64,000 nucleotides of DNA. It comes from Protoeuglena noctilucae. Lineage: Eukaryota. A model generated the notes under the pieces. The model was not told the origin of the DNA. It did not search any database and saw only the letters and a list, made by a program, of their open reading frames with translations. Made by a program: the position numbers and the translations under genes. The DNA lies in contig OY253676.1 in assembly GCA_958009085.1 (NCBI GenBank), forward strand, positions 620,001 through 684,000. The letters are read 5' to 3'. Below are positions 39,036 through 49,409 of the stretch, piece after piece (position 1 is the stretch's first letter; each line of letters opens with the position of its first letter).

Positions 39036-41221
39036 TCAGATGAGGTCGGCCACGTTGGCGGGAAGCTCCTCCACAACTGCGCGCGGGGCAGAACGAGAGA
39101 TACTTTGTACCCGAAGCACCCCTGCAACTCTTCCCCACCAGGCGCCCGCTTGCTGGCCGAAGCGAAGAACACCATCGCTGCCCTACGTCGTGTCGTGCAT
39201 GCAAGTCAACACCCCCGCGTTAGAACACTCACGCGTGTTGTAGAACTTCTGGATGTCCGCCAGCATGTGCGCGTCCTCCTCGGTGACGAAGTTGATGGCC
39301 ACACCCTTGCGCCCGAAACGGCCCGAACGGCCGATGCGGTGGAGGTAGTTCTCCGGCTGGGTGGGCAGGTCGTAGTTGATCACGAGCGACACCTGCTGCA
39401 CGTCGATACCGCGGGCCAGCAGGTCGGTCGTGATGAGCACGCGGGAGGACCCGGAGCGGAACTCGCGCATGATGACGTCACGCGTGTTCTGGTCCATGTC
39501 GCCGTGCGTCGCCGACACCGTGTGGTCGCGCTCCCGCATCTTCTCCGTCAGCCAGTCCACCTGCGGGGGACAAGGGACTTGAGCGTGTGGGTGGAGGGCG
39601 CCAGGGCGCCGGTAGCGCGGGCGGCACCGGGACCGCTCGCACCGCGCTGATAGCAGCACGGGAGCGAGGGTGACACTGTCCGCGCAGAGCGGCAGAGAGC
39701 CACAGAGACACGATTGCTGCCCAGGGCAGACGCAAGCGGTGCAGCCCCAGCCGGCCAGCCGAGAGGCACTCGGCAGACTACACGTCGCCCCCGCCATCTG
39801 CGCACACGCCCCCCACCTTGCGGCGCGTGTTGGCGAAGATGACCGACTGGGTGATGGACATGGTGTCGTAGAGGTCGCACAGCGTGTCCAGCTTCCACTC
39901 CTCCTTTTGCACGTTCACGTAGAACTGCTTGATACCCTCGAGCGTGAGCTCGTCGCGCTTGACCAGGATGCGCACGGGCTTGTTCATGAACTTCTTGGTG
40001 ATGTCCAGGGCTTCCGGGGGCAGCGTGGCCGAGAAGATGCCGACCTGCGGACGGTCGGCCGAGCGAGGTCGGTCAGGTACGTGCGAACACAGCAGCGGTG
40101 GGCCGGCCACAGTGCCGCTGATGGCCCGTCCCAGCGCCTGTCCTCGCACCCGCCCTCGCGTCGCACGCAGCCCCCCGCCCGCATCTGCCCACCTGGAGCT
40201 TGGGCGGGAGGTGGCGGAAGATGTCGTAGATCTGGTCCTTGAAGCCGCGGGAGAGCATCTCGTCGGCCTCATCCAGCACGAACATCTTGATGTAGTCGGG
40301 GAGCAGGGCCCGGCGGCGGAGCATGTCGAACACGCGGCCGGGGGTGCCCACCACGACGTGCACGCCCTCGGACAGCACGCGCTGGTCCTCGCGGACGGAC
40401 GTGCCGCCGACGCAGGCGTGGCACTTGACCTTGAGGTAGTCGCCGAGCGCCTTCATGACCTTCTCGATCTGCTGCGCCAGCTCGCGCGTGGGCGCCAGCA
40501 CGAGCGCCTGGCACTGGCCGACGTTGTAGTCCAGGTTCTGCAGGATGCCCGCGCAGAAGGTGGCCGTCTTGCCCGTCCCCGACTGCGCCTGCTGGATCAC
40601 GTCGTGCCCCTTCGTGAAGGGCACGATGCCCTTCTGCTGGATGGCCGACGGCTTCTCGAAACCGTACGCGTAGATGCCGCGCAGCAGGTTCTCGTGCAGG
40701 CCCATCTCGTCGAACGACTCGAACGACTCATCCCAGTCCGTGAAGAACTGGTCGCTCGCCGTCGTCATGCTGCGGGCGCGGGGGGCGGCGCGCGAGGTCC
40801 GGCCTGGGAGGCCCGGGGCCACAAACCCCAGCCCGTGCTGCACGCCCCCGCGAAACGCGTGCGGGCCGCGCCGCGGCCAGGGAGCGCGGGCATCGACCCC
40901 GAAATCGACCAACGGATGCGCGGGCGGGCCGGCGGCGCCCGGGGACGCGCCCTCGAGCGGGGGGGCCACCCGCCGCCCCGAGGGGCGGGTGCGGGCGGCC
41001 CCGCCCGCCGCGCGAGGACGTCGCCGATCCCCGTCGGCCGCAAATGAGCAACATGAGCCGCCCAGCGCGGCGGTCCCCGGCACCAGAGGCGCGCGAAAAC
41101 TCCGGGCCCCGCCAAACACGAGCGCAGCGCCGCCGCCGCAGCGCCCAGCCACTCACAACTCCGTCATCTTGCGGTCGAAGGCGGCCGCGTCGAAGGCGGC
41201 CGTCCCGGCGTCGCCCGCCAT
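39036..41221 (-). CDS. EIF4A: Eukaryotic initiation factor 4A (DEAD-box helicase)
   Basis: [76 protein letters not shown] and C-terminal [10 protein letters not shown]. Confidence 0.98.
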
Positions 41222-42139
41222 GGTTGCAAGGGATCTCTGCGGGAGGGAAGCGCGGGGGGTGGTCCGCGGGGCACGCGCGGCATCCAGAAGCGCGGCTGCG
41301 AGGGAGGGAAGGGCGCGCGCGACCCGGGAATGCGACCCGGCGATGTCTCCGCGCCCGCCCCCGCGCGGGAAAGCGACCGCGGGAGAACCCGAGCGCCCTC
41401 CGCCGGCTCCCTTGCGCCCCCCTCGAGGACGACCGCGGCGCAGGACGGGGAGCGCGGGCGCGGATCGCCTCCGGCGCGGAAACTCGAGGGAGCCAAAAAG
41501 GGGGGCGGGGTGCCCGCGCCGGCCGTGCCGGCGGCGACCGGCACCCCACCGCGCACCGGCTTGGCCACAAAAGAGCGCGGAGCAACCCAGGCCGATGGGC
41601 AGGCGCGGGGCGGGGCCGCCGGGGCGCGAAACCCAATTCAAGTGAGGCCGCCCCCGGCCGTGCGCCGCGCCGGCGACGCGTCAGGCGCACCGCATCGCGC
41701 GGCCGAACCGACACGGCCGCACGCGCACGGGGGCACCGGCGGGCCGACGCCTCGTGACGGGCGCGTCCGCCGAGGCCTCGCACGCCCTGGGAGTGGCGGG
41801 GACCCACCTGGAGTGCCCGGGAGGCTGGAAACCAGTCCTGGATATAGCCAGGAAAAGGACGGAAGCAATGCGGGCCGGGGAACCTTTGGGGCCGCGCAGC
41901 CCGTGCGGGGTTTCTGGCATGGTGCCAGAACGCCCGGGGAGGCGAGAAGCGGCGGGGCCTCTCGGCCGTCCGACGCGAGCGGGAGGGCTGGGGACTCGCC
42001 ACGGCGGCGACGACGACGCAGGAACGACGGGGTAGCATTCAAAGTCTGCGCACGTGGCGGCGGCGGCGACGCGGGGGCAGCGCCACCTGGGTGGCCCCTG
42101 CACCGCTGCTGCGCTGGGGGCGTCTCTGGACGCAGTCGG

Positions 42140-44034
42140 CTAGCGGTCGACCTCCCCGAACACGATGTCCTGCGTGCCGATGATGGTCACCACGTCGGCC
42201 AGCATGTGCCCCTGCGCCATCATGTCCAGGCCCTGCAGGTGGTAGAACCCCGGCGCGCGGATCTTGCACCGGTACGGCCTGGACGTCCCCGTGGACACCA
42301 GGTAGACCCCGAACTCCCCCTTGGGCGCCTCCACGGCCCGGTACACCTCCCCCGGGGGAACGACCATGCCCTCCGTGTGCAGCTTGAAGTGGTGGATGAG
42401 CGACTGCAGCCACAGCGACGATGCCGAGATTTTTCAAATGCAAAAGACGTGTCTGCCCGCCAGTCATGTGCTCCCCATGCTCGGCGCAGGCGTAAGGGCC
42501 GTGCCACGCCTCGCGTCGGCCGCGGGACGCGGGACGTCCTCTCACCTCCATCGACTGCTTGGTCTGCTGCCGCGACGGCGGCACAATCTTCCTGTCGTCG
42601 ACGCGCACCGGGCCCGTGGGCATCTCGTTCAGGCACTGCGTCAAGGGCGGCGGACGCATGAGCAGCCGAGAGAGCGCAGCAGCACGACCAGGAGCCCGCC
42701 CCCCGCCGGCTCGGCGCCCACCTGCATGATGATGCGCAGGCACTCGCGCATCTCCTGCGTCCGGCACAGGTAGCGGTCGTAGCAGTCGCCCCGCGTCCCC
42801 AGCGGGACGGCGAACTTCATGCGGCCGTAGACCTCGTAGGGCGTGTTCTTGCGGACGTCGTAGTTGACGCCCGACCCGCGTGCCATGACGCCCGTGAAGC
42901 CGTTCGCCATGGCCTCCTCGGCCGTGACCACGCCGATGTCGACCGTACGCTGCTTCCTGCGTGGCACAGGCGGGGCGCAGCCAGCTCGCCGCCAGTCCCA
43001 AGCAGGCAGCCGGGCGCCTTCTAGCCGCAACCGCGACTCACCAGATGCGGTTGTTGGTGATCATCTCCTCCATGTCGTCCACGCGCGAGGCGAACTGCGC
43101 GGCGAACTTGTAGATGTCCTCGCAGAGGCCCAGGGGCAGGTCCTGCGCGACGCCGCCGGGGCGGATGTAGGCGGCGTGCATGCGCGCCCCGGAGACGCGC
43201 TCGTAAAACTCCATGAGCTTCTCCCTCTCCTCGAAGCCCCAGAGGAAGGGCGTGAGGGCGCCCACGTCCATCGCGTGGCAGGTGAGGGCGAGCAGGTGGT
43301 TCATGATGCGCGTGAGCTCGGAGAACAGGACGCGGATGTACTGCGCGCGAAGCGGGACCTCCGTGCCCAGGAGCTTTTCGATGGCCATCGAGTAGGCGTG
43401 CTCCTGCACCATCATCGACACGTAGTCGAGCCGGTCGAAGTAGGGGAGGCCCTGCGGGTCAGGGACGGGCGGTAGCGTGGCACGGTGCAGCTCACAGCCG
43501 GGGAGAGGCCCGCGGGGGCGCCGGCCAGGCTGCGGGGCACCTGCACAAACGTCTTGTACTCCATCAGCTTCTCCGTGCCGCGGTGAAGCAGCCCGATGTG
43601 CGGATCCGCGCGGTTGATGACCTCGCCGTTCATGTCCAGCACAAGACGCAGCACGCCGTGCGCGGCAGGGTGCTGCGGCCCAAAGTTGATCGTGAAGTTC
43701 TTGGCCTCCGTCGCCACCTCCAGGGGCGCCTCCCTCGCGCGCGCCGGCGCCGATCCCGTCACGGCGCGCCCAGGAAGCCTGTCAGACCCTGCGCCCCCCA
43801 AGACCTGCCCCAGAACGCCCGCCTCAAGCCCTCCCTGCGCGCAAGGCCATGCTCGGGCAGCGTGGAGGCCGCAGCGGGCCCCTCGCGGCCCCACGCCGAG
43901 CGCTCCTGGGACTATAGCGTCATAAGAGCAGAGGGAAGATGCGCTACCGCGAATTTGCGGGCCCCGCGCACCTGCCCAGCCCCCCACGCGCGCCGCAGGC
44001 CCCCGACGGCCGCGACCAGGGCCCTGCGCGACAT
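42140..44034 (-). CDS. NAD7: NADH:ubiquinone oxidoreductase 49-kDa subunit (Nad7/NDUFS2), nucleus-encoded with presequence
   Basis: [71 protein letters not shown] and DIVFGEVDR. Spliceosomal introns present; presequence [17 protein letters not shown]. Confidence 0.97.
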
Positions 44035-44318
44035 CCGGCCCACCCTCAGCACCAAACGATCCGCAAAGAGACAGAGTCTGGTCCAATGAGCGACGATGGG
44101 AGCCCTACCAGGCGGGAGTGGCTGGAAATGGTTTGGCCCGCAACGACCTCTGGATGTCGGCTCCACCCGGGAAGATGGCGTGGCAAGAATATGGTGGGTT
44201 GTTTCCTCAGAAGCAGTGGATTCCCCGTCGGGCTGACGGGCGCAAGTAGGGTAACGCGTTCTTCCTTGCGCCCGCCTCCCCGCGCCCTGCGACCCGGCCC
44301 CAGTAAAAGAGGGCAGAG
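44035..44318. promoter_or_regulatory. Putative bidirectional promoter (NAD7 <- -> C19orf53-like/NDUFA8)
   Basis: 284-bp interval between divergent start codons, less GC-rich than the flanking CDS. Confidence 0.55.
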
Positions 44319-45059
44319 ATGGCACAGAAACCGATTTTCAAGTCGGGGAAGAAGGCGAAGAAGGAAGCGCCCGCTCCGAAGCGTCTCTCGGCCCGGGCTG
44401 CCAAGACAAAGAAAGGTGCGGTTTCAGGACTCGTCTCCATGGCTGCAGCCGAGCGGGGATGGGCTGGGCCGGTGGCTGGGGCGACCAGCGCTCGCCGTTC
44501 TGGGCGCAAACCGCTGTTGGGGGGTCTGGTGAAACGGCGTGCTTTCGCTTAGCTGCACCTGTGCACATCGGGGTGGGGGCGACTGCCTGTGGGCCTCTCG
44601 TAGCGAGGGGGTTGACGCCCGTGATGCTCCCGCGTGGCTGCTCCGCCCGCGCGCGATCCCGCTCTCGTGCCATGCCCATATGACCTCCCTTGAATGATGT
44701 CCAGTCGTCTGATTGCAGGAGCGCCGTCCAAGCCCCCCAAGGACGCCAAGGTGAAGGAGCTTTTCGTGGAGGAGCAGAAGATCACCAAGCTCGTCAACGC
44801 GCGGAACGAAAACCTCCACGCGGCTCTGGCAGGTGATGCCTTATGGCTTTGTCGATGCGCCTGGGGGATGCGCTGGGTGGAGGGCCGGGAGGGTGAGCGT
44901 AGGCGTGGCACTCTGCACACAGTCAGCAGTGGGGCGCAGCTGGGCGTGGTGAAGCCTCCGGCGGACGACTTCGTGGTGACGCGAAAGAGCAAGAAGACGC
45001 TGGGCGATCTCAAGGCGGCCATCCAGGGTGGCGCGCTGCCCGCGAAGAAGACGCAGTGA
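44319..45059 (+). CDS. UPF0390 / C19orf53 (Leydig cell tumor 10-kDa protein)-like basic protein, 3 exons, ~115 aa
   Basis: Exons 44319-44415, 44719-44832 and 44923-45059 give MAQKPIFKSGKKAKK...KTKKGAPSKPPKDAKVK...KITKLVNARNE...GAQLGVVKPP...*, matching the family pattern (MAQG..KF, KKG..IAPKK, L....E....A....L..VK). Confidence 0.7.
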
Positions 45060-45061
45060 TC

Positions 45062-45594
45062 ATGTCCAAGGCCGAGGGGGTGGCGCCGCCGCCCAGCGCG
45101 GCGCTCTTCGCGGTCTGGGAGCACCTGGAGCGGAAGTGCAAGGCTGCTAACTCGGGTGCGTCCGCGCCTCGCTTCCTGCGGGCCCGCGCTGGCATGCTCG
45201 ACAGCGCTAGATACGACACGCCACCCCTGCCGCCCGCAGCCTTCATGCGGTGCAAGAAGGAGAAGCGCGACCCGTCGCTTTGTCTGGCGGAGGGGCAGGC
45301 CGTCATGGACTGTTCCTACAGCCTCATCTCGGACCTCCACCGCAAGGCACCCGCGGAGTTCGACGAGTACGCCTACGTGAGCTCTTGATGCCGCGTGTGC
45401 CAGGGACAGGCACGAGGTCCTGCGCTGCCCACGCGCTGACGGGCGGCTTGCTCCCCCCGCAGTGCCTGTGGTACAATTCGAACAAGCTGACCAAGTGCCG
45501 GAAGGAGGAGAAGGCGTTCAAGGAGAAGTGCAAGCCAGCGGACGCCGGGCCCGACCCGCGCGCGGTGGTGGCGGCCGCGTCGCCGCGCGAGTGA
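45062..45594 (+). CDS. NDUFA8: Complex I accessory subunit NDUFA8 (PGIV/19 kDa, CX9C protein), 3 exons
   Basis: PPSAALFAVWEHLERKCKAANSAFMRCKKEKRDPSLCLAEGQAVMDC...FDEYAYCLWYNSNKLTKCRKEEKAFKEKC, with CX9C spacing. Confidence 0.92.
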
Positions 45595-45688
45595 GGCGCA
45601 GAAATAGGAAAATGCTCTGCCCCTACTCTCGCCATGCCCATCCAAGCCGCTTTTGCGCGGAGCGGCTACGTTGAAACACCCGGCGCAC

Positions 45689-47297
45689 TCAAGCGGCGCG
45701 CAATGCCTTGCGCTCCTCGAACCTGGCGTAGAGCTCTCGCAAGGATTGCGTTGCGTCCTGACCCTTGAGCACCTCGCGGGACTTGCTGGCACCCAGGGCG
45801 TCCGCGATGCGGAGCCACTGGCTCGACCCAAACACGTTGTTCGCAAAGCGGAGCAAGACGGACGCGCTTTTGCTCACGGCACCAGGGAAGGCTCGGAAGA
45901 GGTACTTTTCCGAGCCAGCGAGGGCCTGGTACCTGCAAACGAGCCCGATGGGCGTATGTCAGGATGGGCCGGAGTAAAAGCAGGGACCCTGAGCGGCACA
46001 GAGTCATACGCACCGGATGTTGGAGGACACGCCCATGAAGAACAACCACCCGAGGCCTGTCAGGATGGGGTCCTGCATCGTGGCTGGCGGCACAAACGCC
46101 GGGTCGAGAGCCTCCTTCAGGTCTGTCAGGCGATGCACCACCTGCGTGGAACGTGCTGCGCTCGTATACGTGTCCAAGCGGCACGCCCGCCAAAGCCACT
46201 GCACCTCGGCACGCGTTGAGCCGCACCTGCGTGCCCGTGTAGCCCATCACCGCCCCCGTGAACGCATACAGGACGCCCTTGTAGACGAGGCACCCGAGCT
46301 TGGACGCGATTGAGCTGGGCTCGAAGACGTTGGCGGGGAGGCGGGCGAGGGCGGCCCCGAGCCCCGTCGCAGGGCGCGCCACGCCGACCGTGGGCGCCAG
46401 CATAGACACGAGGGCCACGTCGCACAGCAGCGAGACGGTCAGGTGACACAGCACGAACTCGATCTCGTGCAAGAAGCGCGATCCTCGCGCCGCCATGTTC
46501 ACCCCGACAATGATGACGGCGTCGTTCCCGCACTCGGCCACGAGCTTGAAGAAGAAGTGTGGGTCGGCGCGAGACCTCGCCGTGACGTAGCCCGCGACCG
46601 CAGCGACCACAGCCGACACCGGGCCGCCCCCAGCCCCGCCTCCGCCTCCGCCCCCGCCGCCCCAGCGCCACCGGTTGCGCCCCGCCCCCCCGCCCCCAGG
46701 TCCTCCAGCCCCCGCGTCCAGCAACGGGCTACCCACATACTTCTCCCCTTGAATGGCGCCGTAGACCGCAGAGGCGGGCGCCGTTCCTGAGCCCTGGGAG
46801 CTCCCCGCGCGCTCAGTCTGCGGGGCTGCAGTGCCGATATCCAATGGCGCCTCCGTGCGCTCCACGGGCGCGCTGGTCCCCACGCTATCCAGGCTGCACG
46901 TGATCTGCAGTCAGGTGGCAGATACTGATCGATAAGGGCACGTGCGTCAGCGCGCGGGCCGCCGGGCCGCGGGGTGGCATGTGGCACCTCGGACACCTCA
47001 GCAGAGGCAGCGCGGGACACGCTCCTCGCCAAGGCAAGTCCGAGATGAATTTACTCAGCGCTTTCATGCATTCGGCATCAACACCTCCGCCCCTGACTCG
47101 CAGTGCGGCAAAACGGGCCCGCGCACTCCGAAGTGCGCACACGGTCCCCAACGCACCTGACTGCGCCCTCTCCGTGTCCTCCGAGGTGCCCTAGATGGCA
47201 CTGCGCTCTGAAATGTTGCTAAGGATCGCCCGCATCGACAGGAGGCGTTCCCCACTCTCGCGGGCAGGGAGTGCGGCGCCTTGATCACCGCGCCCAT
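45689..47297 (-). CDS. RETICULATA-related (DUF3411) plastid envelope protein
   Basis: Transit peptide, poly-Gly stretch, ARSRADPHFFFKLVAECGND, DVALVSMLAPT, LPANVFE, FMGVSSNIRYQ and LRFANNVFGSSQW. Confidence 0.9.
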
Positions 47298-47681
47298 GTC
47301 TTGAGCTTAGACGGCTGGTGCGCTGGACTTTGACGCCTGACTCGGTCCTGCTCGCCGCGAGGCAGCCTCTGTCGACCTCGGCGCTGGCCGGACCAGCTCA
47401 GACCGAAATCTGGCGCCTTAGCAGCAACCCGGTGCGTCCGCGTAGGATTAGCAGGTCGCGATTGCTACAATTTGCTTCCATCTTGCCCGCACGCGCCCCC
47501 CGGCCAGCGGAGTGCTCGGGCTGTGCTGAGGAAAGTACTGGCGAGGGCTCTACCCGCTGGCAGCGCATCCCTCGCGCGCCTAGCGTGGAATGCCTCTGTT
47601 CGTGGTGACGGTCTGCTTGTTTAGGTGCGGGGTTGTGCTCCGGGATCGCAAGGCCCTTGTGCAGGCGCTGCGGGCTCGAGA

Positions 47682-49271
47682 ATGTTTGGCGCGTTCATGC
47701 CTGACCCCTCCGCGGGGTCCAAGGACGCCAAACCTTTCGCATTCAACTTCGGTGCCGCATCGCAACCATCGGCGCAAGACGCAATCCAGGTGCGGCGAGC
47801 CACGGCTCGGCCACGCTGCAGCCCGACGTGGTCACCTCCCGGACCCTCTTGCGTGCGAGCGAAAGCATATCAGCGACTACTCGTAATCGCAGGCACCAGA
47901 CAAGTCTATAGCAGAGCTTAGGCCGGGTCGAGAGGTCTTCCCGACCGGCGCGCCGCCGACTTCGTGGGACTTCGTGCCACTACGCGGAGCGGGGGACCTC
48001 TCCAGCTCAGACAGCGATGCGAGCGCGTCTGTCAGCGAGGTGCCGACAGCTTCCTCGTGTCGTCGTTGCTCTCGCCGCTCTTGACTCGTCGACGCGACTC
48101 CCTTTCGTGACTGCACGCAGGACGGCGAGGAGGGGCGCGGCGACTTGCTGCTGAGGAAGGTGCGGCTGGTGGGAAGCGCTGCAAGGGAGTTGCTGAAGTC
48201 CGGGGAGGCGGAGGCGTCGGACGTGGTGGCGGGGACGTACGAGGGCGGCCTGAAGCTGTGGGAGTGTGCCGAGGGTGAGACGCGGTGGCTTGTGTTGAGG
48301 GCGACACCGGCCGGCTCTGTGCGTGCCTGCGGTACAGCAGTCCCTGGCGCCTTGTTCGCAGACCTTTCCGAGTATCTATGCCGGGAGGGCCGCGTGGTGG
48401 ACGACGTGGAGGGCGCCTGCACGTCCTCCGGGGACGCTGCGCCGTTGCAGCTGCGAGGCGCGCGCGTGCTCGAGCTCGGCTGCGGCCACGGCATCCCTGG
48501 GATCGTGGCAGCGTTGGGTGAGTCGCCAGACTAGGCACTTGACACGAAGCATGTGGCTGCAGGATGCGTGTGCACCCATGCCTGACCATTGCCCGTCATA
48601 ATAGCTGCAGGAGGCGCCCGGGAGGTGTGCTTCCAGGATTACAACGAAGAGGTGCTGGATGCAGCCACGAAACCCAACGTGGACGCCAACGTGAACGCCC
48701 GCCTTGCCAGCAACGCCGACGCGGCATCCCTGCCCGCACTGCGCTACTTCGCCGGCGATTGGGGGTCGCTGGCGGGTCCCTTGCTGAACCACGCCGAGCC
48801 TTTCGACCTCGTCCTCGCAGCAGAGGTGACGGAGGGCCATGACTTGGCGACCCGGGTGCGCATGCAATGGCTGCCGACTTACCAATCTCATTCGCTTCTT
48901 TGCACGTCACACGCAGACTGTGTATGACCTCTCCGGCTCCTCTCGCCTCCTGGCGTTGCTCAAGGAGGTCACGCACCCTGACAGGGGCCGCGTGCTTGTG
49001 GCGGCAAAGGCGTACTACTTTGGTGTGGGCGGGGGCAGCCGGGAGTTCGCACGGCTCGTCCAAGACGACGGCCACTTCGACGTGAGCCTCGCTGCAGAGC
49101 GTTTGCTAAACGTGCTTGTGCTTTCAAGTACGCATGTTCCTGTGAGGGACAGCGACAAGGTGGTACGACGAACTGCGCCGCCCCTCGCAGTGCCAAGTGG
49201 TGTGGGCGAGCCAGGACGGCGTGTCTAACATCCGTGAGATCCTCGAATTGCGGCCAAGGCCCAGGAAATGA
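47682..49271 (+). CDS. METTL18: Histidine protein methyltransferase 1 homolog (METTL18/Hpm1)
   Basis: FAFNF N-terminus, SDVVAGTYEGGLKLWEC, VLELGCGHGIPG, FQDYNEEVL, FAGDW, FDLVLAAETVY, AAKAYYFGVGGG and SNIREIL. Confidence 0.93.
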
Positions 49272-49409
49272 GCGGGGAAGGACTACAGGATGACAACACC
49301 GCCTCACACTGCGATCTGTTAGAAAGGGCAACTGGTTTGCCAGAGAAGGAGTCCTGTCCGGCTGCTGCTGAGTTGTGGAGGTGAACCAGACGAGAAGCAA
49401 ACAGCGTTG

